This document shows, piece after piece, positions 44,625 through 55,900 of a DNA stretch of 64,000 nt. The stretch covers positions 32,001 to 96,000 of IMG/VR virus record IMGVR_UViG_3300017991_000007. The stretch is one strand, 5' to 3'. A program made the position numbers and the translations under genes. This stretch comes from a virus. Each line of letters opens with the position of its first letter. Positions within the stretch are counted from its first letter, which is position 1. The notes below the pieces were generated by a model that did not search any database, was not told the DNA's origin, and saw only the letters and a list, made by a program, of their open reading frames with translations.

Positions 44625-46009
44625 TGAAAATAGTCAAAGAGGGAATCACATATTACTTGGGAAAATGGCCCGGACGTTGCGTTGCCATTGATGATCCAAA
44701 TCAAGGGGGTCGTATCCGGGCAATGGTGCCGGATGTTTATGGTACCGTAAGTTCCCCGTGGGCTACTCCCTGCTTTCCCGGCGGTGATTTTAAGGTTCCC
44801 TCTTTAGGGGATCAAGTCTGGTTTGAATTCCAAAGTGGTGATCCAGAGCAACCGATATTCGTAGGCTATGCTCCCTCAGCCGCAGGGGGCGCACAGGCGG
44901 CTCCGGGTACTGCTAGAGGGGATGATGACGATACCACGTTGCTCTTAGGCGGTAAGGGCGGCGGGGCTATGGATATTGCCGATGATGAGGATGGTACCCG
45001 GCAAGTTTTAGAACCAGCTACCACCTCTCAGCCTCAGTATGGACACGTCAAATCTCTGCGGGTCGGTATGACCTTCATGGAGGTTGATGGTACGGCTGAT
45101 AATCAGAGAATCCAAATGTACCATGATTCAGGTGCTTTCATGGAAATTGGTAAAGGCGGCGGTTTCAAGAAAGTAATGAAGGGGCAAGAGCATGATTGGG
45201 TGAAAGGCACTCGTACCCGTGTTACCACTTCACAGCTAACGGAAACGGTTGGTGCCAATGCTCAATATGATTACTCAGCCTCAGTCAAATACACCTTTGG
45301 CGGTGATCGAAATATCACTCAGAAAGGCGATACTTTTCTTGAATCTGAGGGGTCGCTGAGTGAAACTCTTGGAGGGGGAAAGGTAGTTGATGTAAGCGGG
45401 CAGTATTCTATCTCAGCCGCATCCGTAAAGGACGTGTGTGCCGGGGATAGGAGCGTTGCCACTCTCGGTAAGTTGGATGAGGTAGTCACCGGTTCTGTAA
45501 ACGTGCTTATCGCAAATGGCAGCTTTGATGAGGGTTGGACAATTGGGTACAACCTTGGGGTTGCTCTAGGGGATATGCTCTTTACTACATTGGCAGGAAA
45601 CGTATTCGTGACAACCGCACCGGGGCCGGGAACTATAAATCTGACAACGGTAAACGGTGCTATGAATCTTACTACCGGGGCCGGGGTTATGAATCTGACA
45701 ACCGGAGCGGGTGTGATGAATTTGAGTACCGGTACAGGCGTGTTGAATGTCACGTCCGGGGCTGCTTTGAATTTGACCGGGGCTGCGGTAGTGACGGTGA
45801 ATGGTACTCAGATATTACTCGGATTGGGTGCGGCTGAGAATGTGATAGGGGGTTTGAAGTTTCAAGCCCTTTGGAATTTGATGGTGACTTGGTTGAATAC
45901 GCATGTTCATAAGGCCAATGCTGAGTTTGCCCCCGTTGATCCACCCACAATTCCTTTGACTAGCGATATAACACCCGCATTGTCTCAGCTTGTGAAAGTG
46001 GGGCTGTAA
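44624..46009 (+). CDS. baseplate central spike (gpV/gp5 OB-fold plus beta-helix)
   Basis: DDP..GRIRA.VP; VP..GD.VW.EF..GD...P; repeated NLTTGAG; C-terminal HVH. Confidence 0.88.
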   Translation: MKIVKEGITYYLGKWPGRCVAIDDPNQGGRIRAMVPDVYGTVSSPWATPCFPGGDFKVPSLGDQVWFEFQSGDPEQPIFVGYAPSAAGGAQAAPGTARGDDDDTTLLLGGKGGGAMDIADDEDGTRQVLEPATTSQPQYGHVKSLRVGMTFMEVDGTADNQRIQMYHDSGAFMEIGKGGGFKKVMKGQEHDWVKGTRTRVTTSQLTETVGANAQYDYSASVKYTFGGDRNITQKGDTFLESEGSLSETLGGGKVVDVSGQYSISAASVKDVCAGDRSVATLGKLDEVVTGSVNVLIANGSFDEGWTIGYNLGVALGDMLFTTLAGNVFVTTAPGPGTINLTTVNGAMNLTTGAGVMNLTTGAGVMNLSTGTGVLNVTSGAALNLTGAAVVTVNGTQILLGLGAAENVIGGLKFQALWNLMVTWLNTHVHKANAEFAPVDPPTIPLTSDITPALSQLVKVGL

Positions 46010-46309
46010 ATGCTTGATTATAAAGACTTACACGTTGACGATGGTAGTGAGGCATTCCTGCCCAAAAGAGTGCAATCGGTTGCACCTCAGAATGTGAAAC
46101 CGGCCAAATGGGTACCGTTGTCTGAAACGGCTTTGATGGATAGGGTTGATGAGATTGCGAAAAAGGCGCAAGAGGTTGAAAAGAAATTTCAGGAAAAGGC
46201 TCTAAAGCAGATTCAAGGCTTAATGACCCTACTGAAAATGGCTTATGCACAAGAAAACCAGACCGGGGCTTTACCGGCAACGCAGGGATGGATTCACTTA
46301 GATGAGTAG
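46010..46309 (+). CDS. hypothetical protein
   Basis: operon packing; TAG stop. Confidence 0.55.
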   Translation: MLDYKDLHVDDGSEAFLPKRVQSVAPQNVKPAKWVPLSETALMDRVDEIAKKAQEVEKKFQEKALKQIQGLMTLLKMAYAQENQTGALPATQGWIHLDE

Positions 46310-47534
46310 TGTAGCGGAATGGCAAATTATTGAGCTTGAGGTACCGCCTGAGATTCAGCAAGTCTTGGACCTTATTGCGGACGCTCTTGATGCTATCGCT
46401 GCGTTTCTTGAGCTTGTCGCTGCTTTCTTGGAGTTGGTAGCGACCCTCATACAACTCGCTCTTGACCTTTATGTAGCACTTGTAAATGCTTTCATTGATG
46501 CGCTCCAAAATCTGCTTAACGACTTACGCTATGCGGGCATATACGTCTTTTTGGACTATCCGAATACCCTAAGCCTTGCTGACTTTAATCCCGCCGCAGA
46601 ATCGACTTTGGCCGGTACGATATTTGACCCGGATTTTTTGGACGGGGTAGAGGATCAAGAGGAATTGCTTGCGATTGCGGCCAAGCGTAAGTCTTGGGCA
46701 AGGCAGCAAAAATCGTTCCTGTCTTTCGATACTGCGATTGCCAGAATCAATGCGTCTTTCGTGGATCAACTTGACCATTTGAAACCCCCGTACTCTGAGA
46801 CTGCCAATACTTATGGTGTTGTGATCATGGGGTATTCAGAGGAAGTGGTTTTATATCTCAAGATTGTTAGGCAGTTCTACAACCTCTTTGCTCTAAACGA
46901 CTTGGGGCAAGTGCTTGCACCCGGATTTGATCAATGGTTGGAGGATTTCGAGGGCGGTATTGAGGATTTAACAAGTGTGGATTGGTGTGATTTCAATTTC
47001 GTTGTGCCTTTCACTTTCAGGAATGCCGGTACTTTCCCGAATTGGATAGGCAGATACACGTTGCAGGATTTAATACCCCCTCTTGGAGAACTCTTGAGGG
47101 CTTTGAGTAACCTTTTGGAGCTTTTGCGTCCGAATGGAGCTATCACTGATTTTATTCAGGCTCTAATAGATGCTTTATTGAAAAAAGTTGAAAGGTTACG
47201 ACAACTTGCGGAAACTTTAGCTGAGTTGGCAGACGCTTTGAGGAATGCGTTTTCCGGTACGAAACTCTCAGTTGTCACCGTGGAATCCTCTACCGGCAAC
47301 AACGGCTTTATCAACGGTCTGCGGTCTGCTACCGGGCATCCCGGATTTGATGAGGCGTTGGTTGTGAGTTTGGTTCTTTATGCGGGCGGTCCAAATATTG
47401 AGCCTCTAAAGCTCCTGTTCGGTGTTCAAGGGGAGAAAATGGTTGACGATTACGTTGATGCTACTGAGGGTGCGGTAGAGGATTATGAGGACGGGGAGCC
47501 TACAACCCCAACTACTCCGATTGTGACACCGTAA
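46302..47534 (+). CDS. hypothetical helical baseplate-region protein
   Basis: Long amphipathic helices; synteny. Confidence 0.6.
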   Translation: MSSVAEWQIIELEVPPEIQQVLDLIADALDAIAAFLELVAAFLELVATLIQLALDLYVALVNAFIDALQNLLNDLRYAGIYVFLDYPNTLSLADFNPAAESTLAGTIFDPDFLDGVEDQEELLAIAAKRKSWARQQKSFLSFDTAIARINASFVDQLDHLKPPYSETANTYGVVIMGYSEEVVLYLKIVRQFYNLFALNDLGQVLAPGFDQWLEDFEGGIEDLTSVDWCDFNFVVPFTFRNAGTFPNWIGRYTLQDLIPPLGELLRALSNLLELLRPNGAITDFIQALIDALLKKVERLRQLAETLAELADALRNAFSGTKLSVVTVESSTGNNGFINGLRSATGHPGFDEALVVSLVLYAGGPNIEPLKLLFGVQGEKMVDDYVDATEGAVEDYEDGEPTTPTTPIVTP

Positions 47535-47917
47535 TGGATAAGACAAGTTTAGAAATGGACCTCATAAATCGGGTATTCATTGATGCTCAAAGCGAGTTTT
47601 CGCAGGATGAGTTTGATAAGAATGAGCAACGCTTACGGGATTTGCGGTGTGAGCTTAGAAAGAAAGAGCTAAAGACAAAACAACTTCAAGAGGCGTTAGA
47701 GGATGCGGAAAGTGCTGCAAAAATGGTATCCTGTAATTACCCTGAGTTGGCTCTTGTTTTTCAGGTTTATGCAAACCGTCTGAGGGATAAGCTGAAAGCC
47801 CAAAGTCCTGAGTCTTTCAGGCATAAAATCAGGGAGCTTGAAAAGGAGCAAGGTTTGAGCAAACGGATTGCTAAGACACTTTCTAAGCCATTGGAGAAAG
47901 TACATGGCACAAGGTAG
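47534..47917 (+). CDS. coiled-coil hypothetical protein
   Basis: TAATG coupling; TAG stop. Confidence 0.6.
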   Translation: MDKTSLEMDLINRVFIDAQSEFSQDEFDKNEQRLRDLRCELRKKELKTKQLQEALEDAESAAKMVSCNYPELALVFQVYANRLRDKLKAQSPESFRHKIRELEKEQGLSKRIAKTLSKPLEKVHGTR

Positions 47918-48443
47918 AAATGACCCGGTAGGTGTTGGGATTAAATCGCCTCTATCTTTCGAGGGGGGCGGTCTAAACTATACTGCCAGTACCTACGTTG
48001 ATGTTTCCGGGGATGCGGGCATAGGTCCGAATATGGGTTTTGGAGGTCCGGCCCGCTTGCTTGACCCGAATGCGAGTAGTTTTTATAGCACTGGTAAGAT
48101 GCTGGTTGCGACCTTAAATGAGCAAAAACAAGTCATTTTTCAGTCCATTTCTCGTATCATTAAGACACCCGTTGGCAGTCGGTTTATGAATGGTGAGTTT
48201 GGCAGTTACGTTGATGATATCGTTTTCGACTTGAATGAGCCGGTGATTCATAGCTTGGCAGCTTCTTATGCCAGCGTTGCCGTTCAACAGTGGGAACCAA
48301 GAGTAGAGATAAATCGAATTTCGGTTGATTATCATCCGAGCAAGGATTATGCGATGGTAGGGGTTTTGGACTATACGATTGTAGGTACTGCCCTTGTTAC
48401 CGGGAATGTGACTTTTGAGGTAGAGGGAGAAACCAATGAGTAA
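47904..48443 (+). CDS. baseplate wedge gp25/GPW (sheath initiator)
   Basis: QSI..II.TP.GSR.M..EFGS...FD.N...WEPR. Confidence 0.88.
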   Translation: MAQGRNDPVGVGIKSPLSFEGGGLNYTASTYVDVSGDAGIGPNMGFGGPARLLDPNASSFYSTGKMLVATLNEQKQVIFQSISRIIKTPVGSRFMNGEFGSYVDDIVFDLNEPVIHSLAASYASVAVQQWEPRVEINRISVDYHPSKDYAMVGVLDYTIVGTALVTGNVTFEVEGETNE

Positions 48444-50229
48444 CCTTTTCAAAGTACCCTCTTTGGACTATACAAGCCGGGATTATCAGTCAATCATTAA
48501 TGACACAATTGCCCGGATTAATTTCTATGTAGAGGAATGGACGGATCACAATCCCACGGACCCCGGCATAGTAATCCTGCAACTGTTTGCCGGTATGCAC
48601 GACGTTTTGCATTGGTACATTGACCGTGGGATGAAAGAGAATTTCATTACGGATGTTCTCGGACGGCGTTCAATTATTGCTCTTGCCGCACTTGTCGGGC
48701 AAAACTTGAAAGGGAAAGCCCCTGCGGTTGCCCTTTTGGACGTGACACTGCAAGCCGCACAACTCAACCCTACTCCGATACCAACGGGTACTCAGTTTGG
48801 TACGGCGGGCGTTGATCCAAGCAAAACTTTTGAGTCCACTCAGGCAGTTACTATTCCGGCGGGCGCATTGACGGTTAGTGGCGTTCCCGTCATTGAAGGG
48901 GTTAAGAAATCAGGTACTTTAGGAACCTCAGACGGCAACCCTTATCAGTCTTTTGAAATCAAGACCAATGAAAACGTGTTGGATGAGGGGATTGTTGTAA
49001 AGGTAAACTCAATCGCATGGACCTATATAAAGAGTCTGGTACTTGCGGGGCCGGATGATGAGGTTTGGTCCTATGCACGGGATGAAACGGGGCGTGTATT
49101 TATCGTTTTCGGTAATGGTACTGCAAATGGAGGGACGGGAAAAATACCGCCTCTATCGGATGTAGTGACCGCTGAATGGAGAGAGGGCGGCGGGCGTGAT
49201 ACCAACGTGCCAAAGAATACTATCCGCACCGTAATTTCCACACTGTATTCAGGGGGTACGCCGGTTTCAGCTTCATGCACAAACCCGGCAACCGCTGAGG
49301 GTGGGGATGAGCAAGAATCCGTATTACTGGCAAGACGGCGTATTCCCCGTGCGTATCGAAGCAATGACCGGGCGGTTATCGCACAAGACCTTGAGGCTAT
49401 CGCTGAGGGCGTTCCCGGCGTTGTGCAAGCACTTGCACTGGTTACAAGTTTGGGGCATTGGACGGTCTATATCTGCCCGCAGCCGCAAGTGGGGTATGGT
49501 ACCGGCGTTGATCCTTATGGGTATGCTGTTCTTTCCACCTTGGAGCTTTCGCAGACCGCTCTTGCAAACGTAGTCACTGAGGCATTGGCTGAAAAGTTGT
49601 GTGGGACCGACTCAGCTACCGCACAGATCGTTAGTTTCCGTCCTATCGACACTACCCTAACCCTGACTCTGAAAGAGGGCGCAAACCGGGCAGACGTTGA
49701 AAATGATTTTGTGCAATTCGTAGCCAACTATTTTAATGTGCAAACCAATTTTATTGGCCGTCCGAATCGGCTGATAGGGGATGCTCAATATAGCGATTGG
49801 GTAGGGGGAATAGATGACCTTGATGGTGTGGATTATGTCGAGGTACCACGCTTTCAGTTGCGTCCGATGGTAGAGACACTTGCAGCGATTGGCACACCGG
49901 TATTTAGCACAATTACCTATACAATCGCTACTTTGGATGCTTATTGGGAAATCATGTTCATATCCCCCACGGCGTATGCGGTTTACCGGCAAGATATCCT
50001 CAGTGACGAAAGGATTTTGCAGGACACCATAGGAGCGATTGGCACAACTTACGTTGCTGCAAACAACGAAATTCAGTTTCTTGTTTCGGTGCCGTCCGGC
50101 GGTGTAGAACCAAAGGCCGGGGATAGATTTAGATTCAGGGCATCCCCAATAGCGGGGTCTGTTCGTATCTTGACCGGGGAAATGATGGCACAAGGAAACA
50201 TAAATTATAACATCGTAGGGGGCGTGTAA
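48436..50229 (+). CDS. baseplate J/gp6-like wedge protein
   Basis: DYTSRDY, WTDHNPTDPGI, FGNG..G..P, GGDEQES, RAV...D. Confidence 0.9.
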   Translation: MSNLFKVPSLDYTSRDYQSIINDTIARINFYVEEWTDHNPTDPGIVILQLFAGMHDVLHWYIDRGMKENFITDVLGRRSIIALAALVGQNLKGKAPAVALLDVTLQAAQLNPTPIPTGTQFGTAGVDPSKTFESTQAVTIPAGALTVSGVPVIEGVKKSGTLGTSDGNPYQSFEIKTNENVLDEGIVVKVNSIAWTYIKSLVLAGPDDEVWSYARDETGRVFIVFGNGTANGGTGKIPPLSDVVTAEWREGGGRDTNVPKNTIRTVISTLYSGGTPVSASCTNPATAEGGDEQESVLLARRRIPRAYRSNDRAVIAQDLEAIAEGVPGVVQALALVTSLGHWTVYICPQPQVGYGTGVDPYGYAVLSTLELSQTALANVVTEALAEKLCGTDSATAQIVSFRPIDTTLTLTLKEGANRADVENDFVQFVANYFNVQTNFIGRPNRLIGDAQYSDWVGGIDDLDGVDYVEVPRFQLRPMVETLAAIGTPVFSTITYTIATLDAYWEIMFISPTAYAVYRQDILSDERILQDTIGAIGTTYVAANNEIQFLVSVPSGGVEPKAGDRFRFRASPIAGSVRILTGEMMAQGNINYNIVGGV

Positions 50230-52892
50230 TGGGTATCCCCCGCTTTGTAGTTTGGGCAACCCCGCCGGAAGCTGCGGCAATGACTGAGGTTCAAATTCGG
50301 GTGCTATCATCCGAATCTTTGGTAGCCCGTCCGCAAGTCAGAATTGATGGTGTATTTCCAGCTAAGTTTGAGGGGAATGATCCTGACAACCCTAATAACT
50401 ATATTTATAAATACATCATGCGCCCGGACAATTACGGCTTTATCGTCGTATCTGCGACCTCATTGACAGGTGACTATGGTAGCGCACTTATCAGTGACGC
50501 TTTTATTTCCGGGGGTCCGGGTGGAAGCTTTGCCTTTGGGGAAGTACAACACGGTCTGACTCCTTTTGGAGCCGGTGTGATCTATCCGGCAACTCTACCT
50601 GATTCCGAGCCTCTTGACGCTTTGGACTTTGGGATGCGGCGTGGTTTCGAGGGTCCGCAGATTGTGTGTTTTTGGACGGTTGACCTTGACGTTCTTACCG
50701 AGACATTCACTTTCCGTTTGAGGCGAAAAGAGCTTGATTATCCAGAGGATGAAACGGACGGTGACTTGGTTTATAGTGGTACGGGGAGTTACTATTCAGA
50801 CGTTCATCTAGTTGATGGAAAGGTTTATTATTACAAGCTTTTCATTCAATATGACGGTACTTGGTTTGAGGGCGGTTACGGGCATATGCTTGCAATTGAC
50901 AACCAAGGCAATCCCGCTTTTGCCGCTATTGATCCGGTTATCGCTATTGAATCAACACCCCCCGGCTCCCCGGCATTGGGAGATAGATATCTTATTGGAG
51001 ATTCAGCAACGGGTGTGTGGGCTGGTAACGAGGATTCTATTGCTGAATGGGATGATACTCAGTGGGTTTTTTCAGGTCCAGTTGACCGTTGGTTGGTCAA
51101 AGATTTGGATACCGAGATTTGGCTTACATATAGGAGAGAGGCGTGGATAGCGTCACCTCTGAAAGACCGTTTGAACCTCTATGACTTCATGGATGTTTAT
51201 GACCTTGACCAAGATAAGAAGTCTACTACCAAGAGATTCTTACCCGCTGAGAGTGAGGTTTTGCAGGGTGAGAGCTTTAACTTTGATGAGAGTACGAATA
51301 TCGACAAGTTTACCGAGCAACGGTTTCTCAAGATTTTCACGCTGCTTATGGGAGTAGCCCAAGGCTTGATCGACTACTATGATGAGGCGTATCAACTCGC
51401 AACTGTAGATAAAGATATGTTGGTCCGGGCCGGGGCGTTGGTGGGCTATGATGACTTTCCTACTTTGGATACGTCCTTACGCAGATTCCTCATTTCTCAA
51501 ATCAATGCCGTGTATCCGGTTATGGGACTTTTTGAGCGTGTCAGCCATGCTATTGAAATGTGGTTAGGCACGGGCGTTACCTACGACCTCAAGAAATACG
51601 CTGCAAATGACTTTGAGGTAAATGAGAGTGAGCTTGCGGTTGTTACCCCTACCCCTGAGAAAACGGGAACCTATGACGATGCTGGATACTTCATTTCGAG
51701 TCTTGATCCTGAAAGCGTAATTAATTTCAAAGGCTTGGGAATTTTCCTTGACCGGGCAGTAGAGCCTTTTGAGTATTTGGTTGCCGGTGATTCCATGCTC
51801 CCTTATGTGTTAAGTGCTACTACGTCTGCCCCGCCTCCTGCAACAGATGGTGATTTTTATCTTGTACCGGTTGGAGCGTCGGGTGGGTGGACCGGGTGGG
51901 ATGGTTTGATTGCACTTTACACCTCTGGTTTAGGGTGGATACCATTGGTGCCAAGACATAGGGACGGCGTGATTGCCCAAGATACCGGTGATACTTGGGT
52001 ATTTAATGCTACTAACCCTCTCAATGGTTTTTGGATGGTTGCCTTATCGGATGAGCTAAAGCTTGTCTTGGAATGGTGGTTAAAGAATTACGTTTTGCCG
52101 GATACAACTATCAGGGGTCTTTTTGAAATCAAAAACGAGCGATATTCAGGTGTGGAAAGCTTTGAGGGCTTTTCCGTTGGACCTTTGGTGCCTGTGTCCG
52201 GCAATTATTATCGGGGTCGTAGTGCCATGTGGACTGACTTCTTAGTAGGGTCGCCGCCTCCTACTTGGGTTGGCTCTTATATTGTTGTGACGGGGGGTAC
52301 TCCAAAGACGGGGTTGAAAGAGTTAAAGACTGACTTGACCGGCGGTATCCCGGTTGCCGGTAGTCCTCAGTTCCTTTCCGGGGCTGCTTTCGTGGGCTTT
52401 CCGGGCGCATTTCGGAATGAGGAATTTTACTTTGAGACTTACCTGAGATTTCCCGTTACTTGGCCGGGTCCGTCACTCTTTGGGATAACGGGTTTTCAGT
52501 GGGCTTTGGTGCCTTTTAGTTTATCTATGCTTACAACCGGGTCTTTCAATCCAAGGGTTATCCTAGAGGCCGGTTGGAATGTGGGAAGCGGTATAAAGCT
52601 TCAATTTTCGGTTGAGGATTTGCCTACCGGTACTACAACTTTTAGTCCACAAATTCCTATGTCCTATTTGGCTGATAACCAGTGGCACAAGCTCAAAATA
52701 AGTTTGACAACAAGCGGTTTTTTGAAAATAGATTTAGATGACGGGTACGTTTTAATTCAGCAAGCCTTTGCAATTCCAGAGGTTTTACAGTTCCTTTCCG
52801 GCGGGGTTTATACCGCAGGGTATTCCGCAGTTGGACCCGTACTTGATGTACCGGATCACTTTATGGATGATATGACACTTGGTAGAGTCTAA
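50229..52892 (+). CDS. baseplate wedge gpI-like multidomain protein (2x DUF2793-like, Fn3-like, lectin-like C-terminus)
   Basis: Follows J; two PP....GD.YL....A.G.W.G motifs; DNQWHKLKI. Confidence 0.6.
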   Translation: MGIPRFVVWATPPEAAAMTEVQIRVLSSESLVARPQVRIDGVFPAKFEGNDPDNPNNYIYKYIMRPDNYGFIVVSATSLTGDYGSALISDAFISGGPGGSFAFGEVQHGLTPFGAGVIYPATLPDSEPLDALDFGMRRGFEGPQIVCFWTVDLDVLTETFTFRLRRKELDYPEDETDGDLVYSGTGSYYSDVHLVDGKVYYYKLFIQYDGTWFEGGYGHMLAIDNQGNPAFAAIDPVIAIESTPPGSPALGDRYLIGDSATGVWAGNEDSIAEWDDTQWVFSGPVDRWLVKDLDTEIWLTYRREAWIASPLKDRLNLYDFMDVYDLDQDKKSTTKRFLPAESEVLQGESFNFDESTNIDKFTEQRFLKIFTLLMGVAQGLIDYYDEAYQLATVDKDMLVRAGALVGYDDFPTLDTSLRRFLISQINAVYPVMGLFERVSHAIEMWLGTGVTYDLKKYAANDFEVNESELAVVTPTPEKTGTYDDAGYFISSLDPESVINFKGLGIFLDRAVEPFEYLVAGDSMLPYVLSATTSAPPPATDGDFYLVPVGASGGWTGWDGLIALYTSGLGWIPLVPRHRDGVIAQDTGDTWVFNATNPLNGFWMVALSDELKLVLEWWLKNYVLPDTTIRGLFEIKNERYSGVESFEGFSVGPLVPVSGNYYRGRSAMWTDFLVGSPPPTWVGSYIVVTGGTPKTGLKELKTDLTGGIPVAGSPQFLSGAAFVGFPGAFRNEEFYFETYLRFPVTWPGPSLFGITGFQWALVPFSLSMLTTGSFNPRVILEAGWNVGSGIKLQFSVEDLPTGTTTFSPQIPMSYLADNQWHKLKISLTTSGFLKIDLDDGYVLIQQAFAIPEVLQFLSGGVYTAGYSAVGPVLDVPDHFMDDMTLGRV

Positions 52893-52927
52893 ATGTTGTG
52901 GTAGATTCTATCTAAAGGGAGTTGATA

Positions 52928-55900
52928 ATGAGCAAGATTCTGCAAATGCCGTTTACCGGGGATTATTCCCGTGACATTTTCTCCGAGCGTAAAAAGTACA
53001 TAGGTGCGCTGCTACAGCAGGGTAAGAAGCTGATTGATGCGGATATGAATGATGAGATTCAGGAACGCATTATAAGGCTGCAACGCATCGTTTCGTCTGC
53101 GTTTCCGGCTCAAGCTTATGGTGACTCCTTTAAGCTTGTCCAGAGAGTGAGTCCGGGGGATAGGTCCAATGATTTCCTTATCTTGGCCCGCACCGAATTA
53201 GGAAGTCCGGCGGCTGCTACGAATCCTGAATCCTATGCCAGAATGTATCTTGGGGGTTTGGGAGCTATTCTTTCCAACGCTGACTCTAATGAGGGTGTGC
53301 CTTTCGGTTACGTTGGCGGGGGTACTGGTATTGAGTACCTTTTTGGGGAAATTCATCATCGGAGTACGGACCTTACCGCAACCGTTCTGACTGATACCAA
53401 CGCTCGTTTCGTTCCTAATGAGCTTATCGGGATGTACGTCATTCCAAATACGGTTGATGGTACCGAGTTTCAGATTGCCAGCAATACCGAGACAACGATA
53501 ACAATTGTTTCCGGTAGTATGTTGACCGTGGGAGCGGGCGGTGACTTCTATAGGGTGCGTCCTGTGGCTCCGGGTATCGTTCCCCTTTATGCAATTACGG
53601 CTTTTGCGGATGCGGGCGGGGGCTTAGTCACCGTTACCGCAGCCGGTCATGGTTTTGTTGATGGTGACACGGTTACTATCACGGGTACCACAAATTACAA
53701 CGGTGATTTTGTTGTATCCAATGTAGTTGCGGGTGCTACCTTCGATATTGAGGCAACGTGGGCAGGGGATGACGCAACGGGTAACGTGATTTTGGCATAT
53801 CCGGGGCGGCGTGATCTTGTCTTTTTGGATATCTATATTGGAGAAATGACCGGGGATGAGGATACGGACCTCTTGCATCCTCTAGGAGCCGGTTATGAGT
53901 CCGCACGGCGCATGGTTGTCCGGCAACAAATTATGGTCCGGCAAAACGATACATTAGGTGGTTTGCTCAATCCGAATTACACGTCACCCGGTTTGCCGTG
54001 GGTTGCGGACCCGACTGCCCTTGAGGGTTACTATCAGGACAATAACGGACAAATGCACTACCTTGTCAAACTTGCTGAAATTGCAAGGCAGTCCGGCGTT
54101 TCTGATATTACAGATTCCATTACGGTTGGTGTCCAGACCATAGAGGGTATCGTAGATTTGCGTGATCCTTGGTTTGGTTCAAGCCGGGAAGTGGTTGCCG
54201 CAAGGCGTGGTTTCGATTCTCTTGAGGAAAGCATTGAGGATGCCATTGATCAAGGGGATAGGTATAGTGCGGCTCCTACCCAAGCTACAAAGGCTTTTTC
54301 TGGAAATAATACCGTAAATTTGACCGGAAATGTTTATGTGGGAGAAAGCCCCTCAGACAATATTGCCTACTCTGCAAAGATTTATGATGCGAATGGGGAG
54401 AATCCGGTAAGAGCGGATGCGGCCTCAGTGATTTCTACCTTGAGTTCGTATTTTCTAAGCAGTGACGATTTGGACATATCTGTAAATGGCGGTCCTATCG
54501 TTTCCCTCACTGGTTTAACTGCGACGGGTTTGACCAATCTCGTCAATTACTTCAATACCACTATTTTTCCAGGGGAGCCGGATTTGGCTGGAAAGGTGCA
54601 AGCGGTTGCACTCCAAGGCCGGTATTTTGCTCTTAAATCTCTGGTTTCCGGGTACACCTCTGAAATACATCTTTATGCCGGGTCAAGTGCGTTGCCTAAA
54701 CTTTTTGGTACCTCTCAGTATTTCAATCCGGGGGATCAATTTAATGACGGCGCAAACGGGCTTGTGACCAACGGGCAGCGAGAGCCGAAGGTTAAGGAAA
54801 TTGGCTCCGATAACGTGACGTGGGGTAGCAACAGTGTCATCGGTGCGCCCACTCAAGACCCAACCCGTTTCTATCCGAATCCGTGGTTTGCTTTCGATGC
54901 CATTATTCCGGCGGGCAGTTACATTGTCCGGTACGGAGTAAGAACGGCCTTTGTTGATGAGCCGTCCAATAGATTCCTGCGACGGGATATGTATCCCGGT
55001 CTGACTCAGTATGACCGCAGACTTGAGGTAGAGCATTACTACGATGGTCAACATAGAGATATTTTCCTGAAAGAGCGGATGATTGACCTTGGTATTTTGG
55101 CCGGTCAAGTCAACGCCGAGACTTTCAGGCTTGAGGCTGATATCACCTCTTTTAATGGGGTAGCCCTTTACACCGTTGGTTTTGCAGACGTAACCACTAT
55201 TGAGGGAATGCTTGCGCTCTTGGTACCCAAAGGCGGCGGCGTAATGACCGGCATTCTTAGAATGGGTGACGTTATTGATATGCAGGGTAACTATATCAAT
55301 GACGTTGCAGACCCCGTGCTAGATACGGATGCTGCCAATAAGGGATACGTTGATTCCGTTGCTGAGGGTTTGAATATTAAAGATGCTTGTCGGTGTGCGA
55401 CAACCGGACCTGTAATTATCGCATCCGAGCTTGAGGCCGGTGACATTATCGACGGGTACACCTTAGTTGCCGGGGATAGGATTCTTGTAAAAGACCAAGC
55501 AAATCCAGATCAAAAAGAAAACGGTATTTGGGTAGCTCAAGCGTCCGGTGCGGCTCAAAGACCCTCAGATTGGGATTCCTCTACCCCGAATACGTCCGGC
55601 TCTTTTGTTTATATTGAGGATGGTACGACAAACGGCAATACCGGGTGGGTTATGAATACCCCCGGTGATCCTATCGTAGATTCTGCGGCTACAACGTGGG
55701 TACAGTTTGCCGGTGCGGGTACTTATACCGCCGGGGCAGGGCTTGACTTAACTGGTACGGTATTCAGTGTTAAACTGCCCGCTCTTTCAGGCTTGTCAGC
55801 TTCAATACCTTCTGGTTTGTCAGTTCAAATAGGGGCCGTTGGAGGTCCAGCGGCGGGCCTTTTTATTGATGCCGGGGGTCTGCATATTCCCTCATCTTTT

